Shown: positions 39,838 to 53,490, counted from the stretch's first letter. The stretch is 64,000 bases of DNA from Octopus sinensis (GCF_006345805.1 NC_042997.1:52762001-52826000); one strand, 5' to 3'. Program-made: numbers and translations. The notes: generated by a model not told the origin, from the sequence alone.

Positions 39838-40742
39838 CATTATTATTATTGTCGTTGTTGTTGTTATTTAACATACTCAGCTCTTGATGTCATTACTGTA
39901 CCAGCTGTTCACTTCCCGTGAATCAAGGTAGTATTTTCATTTCAAGCCTCGAGGACTTTGCTGAAACTCTGGAGCAAATTAAGTTTTCATCAGGCCAGAA
40001 GAGCTAAATTTCTCTCTCCATCTAATATCCCACATTTCATATTTACATCCAGTGATTTAGCTTCACAAGAAAGAGACAAATAATTGTTTCCATAAAACAT
40101 TTTGATATTATTTTAATGAATTAATTTCACATTTGAAAATAGTATTTGTTCTACTTGTGCGATGCTATTGTAAATCAGCAAATAGTTTTAGCTCTATATG
40201 TCCTTCAGGATGGAGATTTCAATTTTGTTTCGGAAGTAAGGCAAGCACAGCGCATTGATAAACAGTAAAATACTGCGAAATATCAGTATCTATCGCTCTC
40301 GTTCACTTCTGGGTAGGTTCCACAGACGAAAAATTGCAGCTTCTGGCATTTGAAGAATACACGTACATTAAGTATATAATGCTGATAATGTTTACATAAT
40401 TGAGCTACTTCAGACACATACTTAGAAATTGAAATTAAATATCTATTTGAAATCTTGATATTTCGTTTACTTATCATAAATCAAAGCAATCCTCTTTTGA
40501 CTTATTCGTTTTGAAAGCACTTCTATTTTCATTTATATTTTTGTGTGAATATTCTAGCTATCTTCTGTTTTCCGTTTAATTAGTGGCGTTCATTATAGTT
40601 TTTCATTTGGTAGTACGAATCCATCGCCTATAATTCTTCCTTATTAATCTGTTACAGTGAAGAACTTGTTTTAAGACGATTGTTTTTCTTTATAATTTTT
40701 AAAATTAGACTCTCGCTTACGTCAAGCTCTTAAAAATGAGAT

Positions 40743-40963
40743 CAGTGTTCCTCAACCTTTTTTTTCTCCCACACTTACTTCGATTTTCCACACAAAAACG
40801 TGCTCCCTACAACGAGTGGACAAAGTTAATGTATAGCATTCAAAAGATTTAATTAAAACTTTTTTTATGGCAAGTTTCATTCCCTTGTTATTTACTTACG
40901 TCCTATTCTGGAGTAACCCACAAACCACCGATATATTGCCACGCCCCACCTTGACAAACACTG
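40743..40963. mobile_element. hAT (Charlie-like) MITE
   Basis: TIRs CAGTGTTCCTCAA and TTGACAAACACTG (11/13 match). 8-bp TSD aatgagat / aattagat (7/8). Confidence 0.75.
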
Positions 40964-41419
40964 AATTAGATAGTGTCATCTATTTTCTGACTCGTTCAGC
41001 TACGTAAAATCTCCATTCTGTCTATTCTATTCCATTCTATTTTTATTCTATTCTATGATTCTATGTCGCGGGAATTTTATATTGTTAGGATATATTCTTT
41101 GCTTAATTTTGTACTTTTAGGAGCTAAATTAATGCTACTTTCGAAAAAGTTTTTCGATTAATATCAGTAGAAAATAGCAAGTTGCGGGGTTGTCTACACG
41201 AGCTCTGTATTACTTGGTATAATGGGCAGTAATATAGATGTAATTCTTTACTGATAAATAAAAGGGAGTAACAGAAATCTTTTTTTTTTATTGAAGTGGT
41301 TTCATAAGAAATTTTTTCTCGCTATTTTTTGCTTGCTTCATTGTTTACAATAAAGAGTCGAATCACGGAATGTTGAGAGATTAAAACATATCAGTTAATA
41401 GCTATCTCTAGTTCATATT

Positions 41420-41635
41420 AATCCTTTCTATTATAGGCATATGGTCTGAAATTCGTGGGGAGGGGGAAAGTCGATTACATCGACCTCAGTACGCAACTGG
41501 TACTTAATTTGTCGACCCCGAAAGGATGAAAGGTAAAGTCGACCTCAGCGGAATTTGAACTCAGAACGTAAAGTCGGACGAAATACTGCTAAGCATTTGC
41601 CCGGCGTACTAACGATTCTGCCAGCTCACCGCCTT
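41420..41635 (-). mobile_element. SINE family D with ~14-bp TSD
   Basis: Flanks agttcatattaatc and agttaatattaatc. Confidence 0.85.
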
Positions 41636-44600
41636 CTCAGTTAATATTAATCATGACAGATGTTCTTACGATGGCAGTAACGGTACCGTTAATAACTGCG
41701 ATAGTAGTCATAACCAATATAGCTGTAACATCATCAGCATTGGCAGAAATAACTATAGCAGTAATGCAGTAGCAATCATCACACTAAGAAGGTGGTCTGA
41801 AGTATGTACAGCACTCGGTTTTTATGTGATGAGTTGATGAAGACAGACATGTGAAAATATCAAGAATTCATATCTTCTAGAAGACAGGATAGATTTGCAT
41901 GGTTGCAGTGTCGGATCGATTCCAAGGGTTACAGATTCATGATCTAAGTTAGCTCGGTCTGCTGTCTGTTTTTTTTTTAAGCTTATATCCGTAATGTAAA
42001 TTGCATAGGGACCAGCTTAGATAAATATGTTTAATATGAATTAATAAAGGTTAATAGAGGCCGGTGCTTGTCGCTGAGCTGAGGTTACGGATAAGTTATT
42101 CAACATATATATCAAGTCAAAATTCTGGATTGACAAAATTGCGGTGATTAATAGAATGTCGAAACCCACTCAAACATACCCTGAGAAAAATAAATTCAAG
42201 AAACATGAAATAAACGTATCACTTTGAATGTGTACTGCAAGCGTAGGAGTGACTTACTTCAGTGAATTGTTGAACCAACATGATCGTTTACACTTTAAAT
42301 TGAATGCTATGGAACTGGCAGGTGATCATATTAGTACATCACCCATTTATTGAATCATCTGGTGGTCGTAGTATTAGATCTATTTTTATCAGTGACATAG
42401 AGTGACATAGCTCTTAAGGAACAATTTTAAAGTGAGGTCATCTGCAGAGAAACTTTGACGCAGAATAGGAGTAGTTTACTCGTCGGAGAATATGAAATTG
42501 TTGTCCTAAGTCAGGCAACATTCGAGAATGGCTATCTGGCAACTGAAGTATTGTCAAACGCACATTGCTTTTTTATCAACTTGGCAACACACCTGGTTGA
42601 AGTTCAGATCTCTCATTCAATGGTGAGTGAAAGGCGTTAGCGATAATATTTTCGGTTTCAATGAAAGATTTGCGCGATCTTTGAAGGAATCATTCATTTT
42701 AAAAACACGTTTGTCAATCAGCTATATAATTGATGATAAACTGTGGAGATTAGCAACTTGTTGAGCCTTCTCGAACTATAGAATCCTGGATTGATCGAAT
42801 TGTGTTTCACATATTTATCCATTTCTTCCAGATTGTTAGCCAGTGTGTTTTTGTCAAACAGCTCCAATTAGATCTGGTTGTCGACAGGGTTTATATTGAA
42901 CAATAGTAACGGCTTCTAATGACAAATAGAGTTAAATATCCTTTCTGTACTCCAAGTCTACGGGGAAAGAAGTGATATGGTGTCTCGAGAATACTAATAG
43001 TTTATTTTGTATTTCTCCAAGGAAGCTGACAGTCCTTGAAAATTCTAATTTCCTGATGACGAGTAGATAAAATCTACCTTCGAATAAACTTTAAAAGATG
43101 CGTGAAAGTGGGTGTTTATACAGTTTTATGAAACAGCTGGGTATATACAGGAATTCCTTGCTACTATGAGTGATTTACATTTGCTGAAATATCGTAAAAC
43201 ATTCCCCTTAACAGAAATACATTTATATGAATGCCTAGTTTGTTTTTGTGCTAATATATTACAAATGGACTATATTTGTGTCTGCCTATTCTTTTCGTTT
43301 ATGTTAATTTGGATTTTACCATATTTCGTCTCATAAAGTAGAAATCTGACAAAATACTTTAGCGTATAACCATGTGGATTGTACATTTGCTGACACACAT
43401 AAATAAGCAAGTGTAAATGTGTAAATTTATTTGGAACTACAAAGGCAACTTATAGAATACTGAAGGATATTCAATAAAGCTTTTATTTAATAGTGCTAAT
43501 TAATGATAGTATACTTCAAAGACCTTGTTATTTAAAAATATTATGAGATAGTTGCGGAATTAAAAGAGTGTTTTTACGACAGAGTTCTGTTCAGAAGTAA
43601 AAGAAACAAACTTTTCATCCGTAATAACATTGTTGTTGGGTCATGTTTTAATTGTGCCAAATGTAAAATATTCCCTTTTGTCTGCAGATACATCACCTAT
43701 ATAATTAGGCCCTTTTGTCGGCATTATTTTTGCTCTACTTTCTAAAACCAGATAATACAATCAGTTTTCAAATGCTTTCTTAGCTATTATGTTTGATGTG
43801 CCAGTGTGGTAATAACCATAATAAAAGCCCTTTAAGAAAATGAATTGAATGAATATATCATCTTAAATTAAACGAATTGGATGTAAGTTAGCATCTAATC
43901 TTTAGTTTTGTGCATGCATGCGTATGTGCATGCGTGCGCTCACGTATGCCAGTTCTTGACTGGGTGTATATCATTACATTCATTGGTTACCTGAAGACTA
44001 GAAAAAGTTTTAGAAATGTTCAGAGTAGTTGCTGGAGATTTCGTAGACTATGTAGTTTCTATATTATGTTTTTTCTATCTTTTATCTCGATACGTCCATG
44101 CTTTCTTCCAAGTATGTTAACATGTATAATTTTTGTTATCGTCTTTTGTTAGGAATAGCTTTTATTTTCATTTGAGAACACACACTTATTTATACTTATA
44201 TACATATTCAAAGACATACACACATATAGACAAAGAGAGGGAGAGAGAGAGAGAGAGAGGGAGTGGTTTTATTGAATGATACAGTTACAGAGACTCACAT
44301 ACAGGAGTTCAAGTTGATGTTTTGAGACTAAGAATTCAGTATTTTAAAACCTAAATGATTGGTTTTCCCAGTCTTATATTATTTATTTGTATATCTTATT
44401 TTTTCCGTTTCTTTGTAATGCTGACTGAATATTTTCCTAATTAACAGCAATTTTACTCTTGTCTGTATTTCATAATTATATTATTTCAGTTTATTCCCTT
44501 GAATATTTTCCTATACGCGTATCATTTGCATCTTTCGTACGTGTCTCACTATCAATTTTCTCAATCATGATATTTTTAGTGCTTCTCAAAATTATATTTC

Positions 44601-45296
44601 TCTCCGAAGTAATGCTTGCAGGAAAAACAAAACAAAACATATATGTGAAATAAATAAAATAATCGCTGTTGTGTCAGGTTTTTCTACTTCCATATAAAAT
44701 CTTCTAGCCTGACAAGGTGTAAGATTAGTCAGTCGGCAAATATGGCCTTCTTGAATCGATTCAGGGTAAACAGATTTGAAGAAACACAAAGTGTGTACAT
44801 TCTCCTAACAATATGCTAACGTAATTCGTTAACTGAAGAAACAGTTGGCGCAGCACATAGCATAAAATGTTAACTATCATATGACGTCATTTGAAAGGCG
44901 GTCTTTTTTTTTCTTGCTCAACATGCTGACGCTTGTTTCATGTACAGTCCTGGAGCAATGAACATTTACTAGCAGGGTATGTTTACTCTCATATAACCAA
45001 CGTTGCGGGTTCTTTGTTTATATGAACGATCGTTGTAATTATAATTACAAAAAGAAATATTAATCATTCTATAACAATGATGATAACGTGTGCACATAAC
45101 TTGTATTTAAGTTAATGTACACAATGGATGCAGCTGGGTTTTTCCATTCTTTCTTTCTCACGCTCAGATCTATAGGAACTTACACAGGCAGCCTACCCCA
45201 TTTCTTTCTACCCCCTCTCTCTCCTCCTCTCTCTCTACACACGCACTCACACGCACACATGTATGTCCTTCATCCTACCATTACAGGAACAGCACA

Positions 45297-45342
<46 letters not shown>

Positions 45343-45814
45343 TATATATATAATATATATATATATATATACATACATACATACATATATCCGCAAAAAA
45401 TACCAAATTTTATTTAATTTGCTTTGCGGGAAGGACTGTTGTAACGAAGTCGTGTCTTATCCTTAACTTCGCAACGCGGAGTAGATAAAACAGGGCACAA
45501 CTGATGAAGGGAATGTTCTTTATGTTGCCTGTCTCGTTTCTCCGTTTGCTTGTTTCTTTCGTTGTTCGAAAAAAATCGTTTTCTATGTTTTTGCTTTTTA
45601 TGTTCTCGTTTCTCATTTTGTTCACGTTTTTTAAGTCCTGTACCCATATATGCATGTATATATACATATATGTGTAGGTATGTACATATATGTATGTATA
45701 TATGCATATATTTATATATTATTTATATCATTATATGATCGAACGCCACGCATCCATTTCCAAGTAAGTTTTATCTTAATAATTACGATGCGCAAAAAAA
45801 AAAACCCAAAACAA

Positions 45815-46560
45815 TGGAGATAGGCTATCTCCCTGGAAAATCCCTCCTCTGATACCCAGGATGCCCAAACTTTTTCCGTATGATGTCAGTTCAGTTTTCC
45901 CTCCCACTATACTTCACTTCAGGAAGCACGTTACATTCTTCGCAATTCCAAACATATCTAAGCACTCGATGATCCACGAATGTGGAATCATATCATAAGC
46001 TTTGCTATAGTCAATCCAGGCCATTCCAAAATTTGTTCTCCTTTTACAGTCTTGCATTACCATTTTGTCTTTCAATAGTTGATCTTTGGTACATCTGCAT
46101 CTCCTTCTACAGCCTTTTCGTTCGGGCGATAATATCGTTCTTATCAAGAAATTTATACAATTCTTCTGCAATTCCTCCTGACAGTAACTTCTACATTAAT
46201 GAGAGGCAGGAAATTGGTCTGTAATTGTCAGTAGCATTTCCCTTTGATGCATCCTTCAGGCACAACTCCGTTCGTCCTTTTATCAATCAGTCCAGGATTT
46301 CTTCCTCTCCATTGATCAACGCATTAAATTGCTCTGCGATCAATTTATGGCAACTGCTGAACTTTTTTTTTAGCCCAGACCCCTGTACACCATCACGTCC
46401 TGCAGCTTTCCAATTGCTTATCTTTTTACTCATGTTTCTGATACAGTCTTCTGTAAGAGGATAGCCTCTTGATGGGGATAAGGAGCTGTTTGCTTCAGGC
46501 TGCAGAGCCATTCAGCTGTAGTATTTTATGTTGTTCTTGCATGCTCCTTATCTTACCCAT
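45815..46560 (-). mobile_element. R4/Dong-type RT N-terminal half (decayed)
   Basis: [80 protein letters not shown]. Confidence 0.9.
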
Positions 46561-46561
46561 T

Positions 46562-46905
46562 ATTATTGTTATTATTATTATTATTATTATTATTTTCTCT
46601 TTATCATAGGTTTTGTTGGAGCTCCTGGAGTCTTGCATGCGTAGCAGGCTTACACCTGCAGCCTACGGTACCATACTATTCATTCTTTTCAACTATCTAA
46701 TGCTTTCCTGATTATTCTGGCCGTTCCAAGGAAGCAAAACTTTTTGTAACACTTCTACTGACACTCTATTCCAATTTCCTTTATATTCCTCTTAATGCCT
46801 TCTGATACTGTTCCCAAGCACCCAACAATAACTGGCGCTATCTTCACCTTCTTCATTTTCCATAGCCGGGCTATTTCGTACTTAAGAGTGTTGTATCTGT
46901 CTAAT
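46562..46905 (-). mobile_element. R4/Dong-type RLE C-terminus, 3' UTR and (AAT)n tail
   Basis: DRYNTLKYEIARLWKMKKVKIAPVIVGCLGTV..LGTARIIRKALDS*. Confidence 0.85.
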
Positions 46906-47448
46906 TATCATCATTAATATTATTATTATTAGCAATATATATATATATATATATATTAAGTGTTAAGTATTAAAATTTTTCGTAGTAAAAGACAAAGTTA
47001 AGCTGTCATAAGATCACGTGGAATATTTTCATTTCTTCGGTATCTTTCCTTTTCACTTGCTGTCTCTTTCTATCGCTCTATCTTTCTTCTATTTTCTATT
47101 CTTCCATATTGCTTTCTTAGATCATCGTATGGGATATATTTTCTTTGAATTTTACATGAAACCTTCATCCTATCAAACTCCCTCTCATGGTCTATAGATC
47201 ATATTATATTTTCTCTTTCTAGCTATGTATATGGTACTAGTTGTATTCATGACATTATTCGAGGATTGGAGAGGATAAATTGTAGATTACCTTCTTCAAC
47301 TTCTTTGTCACCGCTTTTTTTTTAATCTATATTTTATTTTGTAACTGGTATATCTTTCTCTTTCTGGACAAGAAAGAGCTCAGCTTCATCTCTGCATCCA
47401 TTGATTATGCATTTGTATATTATAAGACTATAAGAAGTTATATGTGAA

Positions 47449-47832
47449 CTAGCAGTATCGCCCGGCGTTGCTCAGGTTTGTAAGGGAAATAACTATAAAG
47501 CATTTTTAGAGAGTTATAGCCAAAAAATAGCAAAAAAATGGAAAAAAATGATGGTAAATTTTTTTTGAGAGTGAAAAAAGGTGGAGTTGCGTCCCCTAGA
47601 CAGTTTGCGGTTTGTGTTTCTGATTCTCGACCCCATGTCAAATTTATCGATTTTTTTCAGAACTGGGGGAACTTTTCAAAATTTTCGCTGCGTTAGTTTT
47701 GAATTATGACATTGGGCTATGTGTGTGTCAAGTTTCATCAGAATCGGTTGAAAGCCGTGGTCAGGGTGAGGGTACAAGCAAACAGACACACAGAAACACG
47801 CACAGACAAACTGCCGTTTATATAGAGAGAGA
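47449..47832 (-). mobile_element. Non-autonomous Helitron related to 36550-36951
   Basis: Shares the 5' ~220 bp with the 36.5-kb copy. A|TC start at 47832, degenerate hairpin, CTAG|T end at 47449. Confidence 0.85.
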
Positions 47833-48548
47833 TATAATTTTGAAAAACAAAACCCATAATAGGACAACTGTAAACTTAACTTCAATTCTACCTCTACTGA
47901 ATATGTGTATGTGTGTATATACACACATACACACACTCACACAAAAACACACACACGCGCACATAAATATGTATATAAATATGTATATGTTAAGATAACC
48001 ACCTTATGTTGTGGATAGTAATATTCCTAAAATAATTGGTTTAAGTATAAATCTTGGTTTATAAATATTCAAATTAAAATCCAGAAAATGTAGAAGTAGC
48101 ATTAATATAATTAATTAACTGTAAAAATTCAACACGTTCACTTACAGCTGTTTCGATTTTGCCCAAAAGAATTAAATTCCAGTAATTAAAACATTTTATT
48201 GGGCAAAATTTCGTCACAGGAGTAAAAAAGACATATCGTTAGTTTACTACATGATATTCTTCGAAAACATCTCAACAGATTGAATCTCATTTAATTACTG
48301 ATTTTGGTATAAAACTTGGCCAAGGGGGTAATAGGTTTTATGAGGATAATGATTAGTAAATAAATGTTAGATAGTGGGTTACAGTAAAAGATAGTATCAT
48401 ATGAATGAGAGAATAAATCAGTTTTTACTTTTATAATTTGCTTAAGAAATTGATTGAATTAATATGGAAAATAGATAAAGTATAAAATAATCATAGACAG
48501 AAAGGACCTCAGTCTTATTATATATACACAGTGCACATATATACATAC

Positions 48549-48631
<83 letters not shown>

Positions 48632-48634
<3 letters not shown>

Positions 48635-48762
48635 CGGCATCCGAAACTCGGAGTTTTATCATGGCTACCGAATAATTGTCATATTACATTTACGGATAAA
48701 TTCCTCTATTTACATAATATCGAGGTCTCTTTCATTCTTTCGTTGTCTTACCATTTTTATCA

Positions 48763-48795
<33 letters not shown>

Positions 48796-48931
48796 ATATA
48801 CCTCGGCATCCGAAACTCGGAGTTTTATCATGGCTACCGAATAATTGTCATATTACATTTACGGATAAATTCCTCTATTTACATAATATCGAGGTCTCTT
48901 TCATTCTTTCGTTGTCTTACCATTTTTATCA

Positions 48932-48935
<4 letters not shown>
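48632..48935. repeat. Direct tandem duplication, period 169 bp, bounded by (TA)n
   Basis: cctcggcatccgaaactcgg at 48632 and 48801; the unique parts appear identical. Confidence 0.95.
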
Positions 48936-48981
<46 letters not shown>

Positions 48982-49114
48982 CACAAGCAGTTCGCCGCAA
49001 TATAAAGCCATATAGGAAAAATTTAGCCGTCACTATGTGTGACTGTGGGTGCTAAAAGCACAGTTATTGTTAGAAATAAGAATTAAAACTCTTATCGCTG
49101 CGTGAAAAGCACAA

Positions 49115-49915
49115 TTCTACCCTCTCAATATCCCTTGACGCTGAGCTCAATATACGCATTGGCAAGGCAGCTGCTGCGATGGCCCAACTCTCCAAACGGG
49201 CTTGGGACAACAATAAGCTGACCAAGACCACGAAAATGAAGATCTACCAGGCATGTGTACTCAGCACTCTACTGTATGGAAGTGAGACCTGGACGCTATA
49301 CACACGCCAAGAGCGTCGCCTAAACATATTTCACCTGCGCTGCCTCCGAAAAATCCTCCGCATCAAATGGCAGAATCATATCCCCAACAAAGATGTCCTC
49401 AGGCAAGCAGGAATACCAAGCATGTTTGCACTCCTCACACAAAGACGTATGAGATGGCTTGGACATGTTAGCCGTATGAAAGATGGCAGAATCCCCAAGG
49501 ACATACTCTACGGAGAGCTTGCTAGGGGTACTAGGTCTGTACGTAGACCGATCTTACGTTACAAGGATGTTTGCAAAAGGGACATGAAGGCCTGCAACAT
49601 CAATATTAGCGGTTGGGAGGCAGTTGCCGGCAACCGTGAAGAATGGCGACGTACCGTAAAAGAGGGAATACAAAGGAGTGACAGAGAGAGAGAGGAGAAA
49701 TGGAAAGAAAAGAAGAGACGTCAACAAGAGACTATGGCATTACAACCAGCGAGGAACAGTCTTCGCTACATTTGTGGTACCTGCCAGAGGGAGTGTTTGT
49801 CCAGGATAGGACTACACAGCCACAGCAGGAAATGTATCAGGACATGAAATATAAAAGCCGGACTAGACTACTTTATGCGCAACTCCATTGTCTCCCGAGA
49901 CAGAAAGGATGCCAA

Positions 49916-49925
<10 letters not shown>
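49115..49925 (+). mobile_element. 5'-truncated RTE (BovB-like) LINE with uninterrupted C-terminal ORF and 3' end
   Basis: LDAELNIRIGKAAAAMAQLSKRAW..LYGSETWT..FHLRCLRKIL..RWLGHVSRMKDGRIPKDILYGEL..CGTCQRECLSRIGLHSHSRKC*; 3' end ccattgtctcccgagacagaaaggatgcc. Confidence 0.9.
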
Positions 49926-49954
<29 letters not shown>

Positions 49955-50306
49955 CCAAATTAGTGGTACATAATTTTGTAATACATGATGAAAATATTCT
50001 TAATTAAATGATGATAATGGTAATCATTGCTAGCTTTCTCTAAATTATCGTTATATTTTTGAGGAAATGGCTTCACAATCTATTATTAAACGCATTCATG
50101 ATTTTGCTGTCATTGTTTCTACAGTATATTTGGCACAGTTGATTAAAGTTTTGCATTCGTATTCTGCCTGGCTCATTATAGAACCAACAAATTGGTTCCA
50201 GAGTACACTTACAAATGGCAAATTCGGCCAGGCAAAAGGGCTAGCCGTCGAGACGGAACGAAATGCAATAAAGTGTTTTAGTTCGATGCACCAATGTTGC
50301 CATTCT

Positions 50307-50344
<38 letters not shown>

Positions 50345-50469
50345 TCTCAATTTATTCAAATCATTTCTCCTTTTCTTTGAGAGTCACTAACGGTCACCTC
50401 CTACTGTTCTCTCCACCACTATACTTTAATGATCATTGGACACTTTGCATCAAGTATGGACTTGACAGA

Positions 50470-50987
50470 GCAAAAATTTGGTACGACTACTAACCCAAAG
50501 GCATCGTCGAAAATAAAAATACAAAGATTCTATGGGAGTTTATGATTCAGTGCGACCATGAGATAGAGAAGAGGAAGCCAAAGATAGTCTTAATTGAGAA
50601 GGAAAGCAAACTATGCAGGATCATAGATATAGCATGTCCAGCTGACAACAAGGTATGCGATAAGGAAGAAAGAAAAGTTGAGAGATATGACAGGTTAGCT
50701 TGGGAAGTTAAGCAGTTGTGGTCGATGAAAAAGGTAGCAGTAGTACCAATAATTGTCGGATCCCAGGGAACAGTGAGCAAAAATCTCGAGAATTACGTGG
50801 AACAAATAGGGGCTGCAATAAGGGTGGAGCACTTGCAGAAAACAGCACTGCTTGGAACCGCCCGAATACTCTGGAAGGTGCTCGAAAAATAAGAGGTGTT
50901 ACCTTAGTTCACTAGTAGTGAACAGCAGACACTGCAGTACATCTCCAGCGTTAGAAGCTGTACAAATCAATAATAATAATAATAATG

Positions 50988-51019
<32 letters not shown>
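50470..51019 (+). mobile_element. 5'-truncated R4/Dong-type element: RLE, 3' UTR and (AAT)n tail
   Basis: KILWEFMIQCDHEIEKRKPKIVLIEK..IIDIACPAD..KVERYDRLAWEVKQLW..VPIIVGSQG..KTALLGTARILWKVLEK*. Confidence 0.9.
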
Positions 51020-51517
51020 TGTTGCACAAGGCCAGAAATTTTAAGGAGGAGGGTTAATCAATTTTATCGATCTTAGTGCTCAACTGGCACATATTCTATC
51101 GACCCTTCAACAAAAAACAGGAAATATGAATACCGGCAAAATTTGAATTCGTAACCAAATATAAGAAAGTATTTCGACCAACGCTCTACTGATCCTACCA
51201 TTCGGATAATAATGTATTCGTATTGATACTGTAAATAGTGTCTTCATATTGATTCTATAAATGTAATACAATAAATACTGTAATGCTATAAAAAACGTAT
51301 TAGATAGTATTATACTCTCAATATAAAGTATAATAGTGTGTTTGTATTGACTCTATAAAATATAATAGTGTTATCGTACTTACATTGTAAAGTATAAAAG
51401 AGTTTCTATATTGACACTATAATTTATAAACAATGTATTTGTATAGAAATTATAAAACATAAAACTCAGTGAGCGTAACTGAAACAGCATTAACTTAAAA
51501 TCGCCATTTGTGCATTA

Positions 51518-51551
<34 letters not shown>

Positions 51552-52211
51552 TATGTAACAAGGCATGCTGGTGTTGTAGCATACCTTTGCCTGAGGGAAA
51601 ATATCTTCATAAACATAGCGTTTAGATGCATTGCATATTCATTTAGTATGATACACAGTTATCTATTTCAATTTAATGCTGTTTCAGTTGCGTTCACCGA
51701 GTTTTCTTTCAGTTCGGCAAGCATTCCACTGTATCAGTGAATGTGCTATTCATTGTTTCTTGTACTTCATTGTATCAAAGCACGACTTTCAAGCGTGTGA
51801 CAAATGGGTACACGTAATTCACAAGCTCCAAGTAGGTTGAAATGCATTTAACGTTCCCATGAGTTACAGCTGCGATGATATTTCATTTTGCTTCGATATA
51901 TATTGTAGTTTTTGCACATGTCTATGAAGATAACCACAACAACATGCCTTTCTACAATATGAAAGACAGGTGTTTTTATAAAGTATAATAGTGTATTCAT
52001 ATTATCACTACAAAGCATAATAGTATTTTCATATTAACACTATAACAATAAAATGTAACGTGGGGCAAACAATTAAGTTCAGGCCTGTCAAGAGACGTTG
52101 CTAATTTCTGTCAGTTAAGCATATAAATCTTGCATGTTCTGGTAACAGTGAAACGGAGGACTTAATATTGCAATAAATACAAAGGAAATATCATTCAAAA
52201 TAGAGTAAAAA

Positions 52212-52745
52212 CTAGCAGTTTAGCCCGGCGTTACCCGTGATTAAGTTAGGATTATTAAGCTAATCAAGTGCTTTGTTTCAAACCAAACTAAGTTACACTG
52301 ACGTCAAATTTGAGCGAAATCCATTGAAATTGGTAAACGTCTGGCTGAGAATGGGTTGCAGACAATTTGATTGGAAAATACCATAAGGAATCAGTTTATC
52401 GATTTTTCCACTCATCAATTTTTTTTTAAACTTAAAGCACCCAAAGACCCCATAAGTCCTAAGCAACGCCAGCATAAAGTTTGAACAAAATACGTCAAAA
52501 TTGGTAAAAGTTATTGTTGAAAATGGGATGTGGCCAATTTAGTGGGAAATCCTATAAGGAATCGGTTTATTGATTTTTCATCCTGATTGAATGGAAAACC
52601 CCATAAGGAAACAGTTTATTGATTTTTCATCCTGATTGAATGGAAAACCCCATAAGGAAACAGTTTATTGATTTTTCAACCCCAAAAAGACTTAACCGAA
52701 CACGACATTGCTGATTCAAAAAATTTATATTTATACTTTAAAGTT
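52212..52745 (-). mobile_element. Helitron 3' region with internal 47-bp tandem repeats
   Basis: CTAG end at 52212-52215 preceded by a cgggtaacgccgggc-type hairpin; ataaggaaacagtttattgatttttc repeated at about 52555-52680. Confidence 0.7.
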
Positions 52746-53129
52746 AGTTTTCACACCCAACCCAGCACTGCAGAATCAGTGTCACGACGTGAACGCATGG
52801 GCTGGGATTTTGACCGGCAGAAGTGATCAGGTTGCACATGCCGGTCCTTTCGAACTCCCCATCATTATATATAATCCCCCCTTGGCCCATGGGTTGGGAA
52901 CCCTTCCGGCAAGGAAAATGTAACGCCCAAAAGGGCTCCCGACACTCTGTGTCAGAAGAGGTTATGTTCGGATCACAGCAAAAATTTAACCTAAGCCTAA
53001 GCTAACCTAGCGAAAGGGTATCGGGAGCCTCTAAAAGGCAGCGACTAATCTCGATCTAGTCCTAACCCCTCCTAGGGGTACTATCGGTCAAAGCTGCATC
53101 GAAGATATGCATGGAGAAGGTTACTTCGG

Positions 53130-53380
53130 AGATCTGCATCGAAGGTCTGCATTGGAGACGGTTGCATCGAAGGTTTGTCCTGGATAAGGATACATCAAAA
53201 GTTTGCATTGCGATCTGCGGAAGTTAAACGGCATGTCTGACCCCGAGGGATAAAGGTGCATCCATGAAATGAAAACATTTTTCCCACTCCCGCACCCCGT
53301 AACAATGGTGGCCGCAGTAAAGTGGGGCTTCAGGGACTTGACTACCAAGCGGGTCCCGTTGCACTGTTTAGGCGGATAAA
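53130..53380 (-). pseudogene. Helitron RepHel PIF1-like helicase C-terminal fragment
   Basis: PPKQCNGTRLVVKSLKPHFTAATIVTGCGSGKNVFI..PSGSDMPFNFRRSQ..PGQTF matches the CNGTRL..I.TG..G..VFIP..MPF.F.R.Q..QGQT block. Confidence 0.85.
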
Positions 53381-53452
53381 ACGTGTACTCTTTATCCCAT
53401 TTGAATTTTATTGATTGTGAAAACATTTCTTAACAATAGGATATATTGTAAG

Positions 53453-53490
<38 letters not shown>

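Noticed and set aside
42300-42900. Possible ancient CR1/L2 RT remnant
   Set aside because: Only faint motif echoes across many frameshifts; it needs a translated HMM search.
43660-43760. Strong-looking splice acceptor (ttcccttttgtctgcag)
   Set aside because: All three downstream frames close quickly and there is no donor site.
44882-44889. Palindromic CRE site TGACGTCA
   Set aside because: A single 8-mer is expected by chance at this window size and there is no promoter context.
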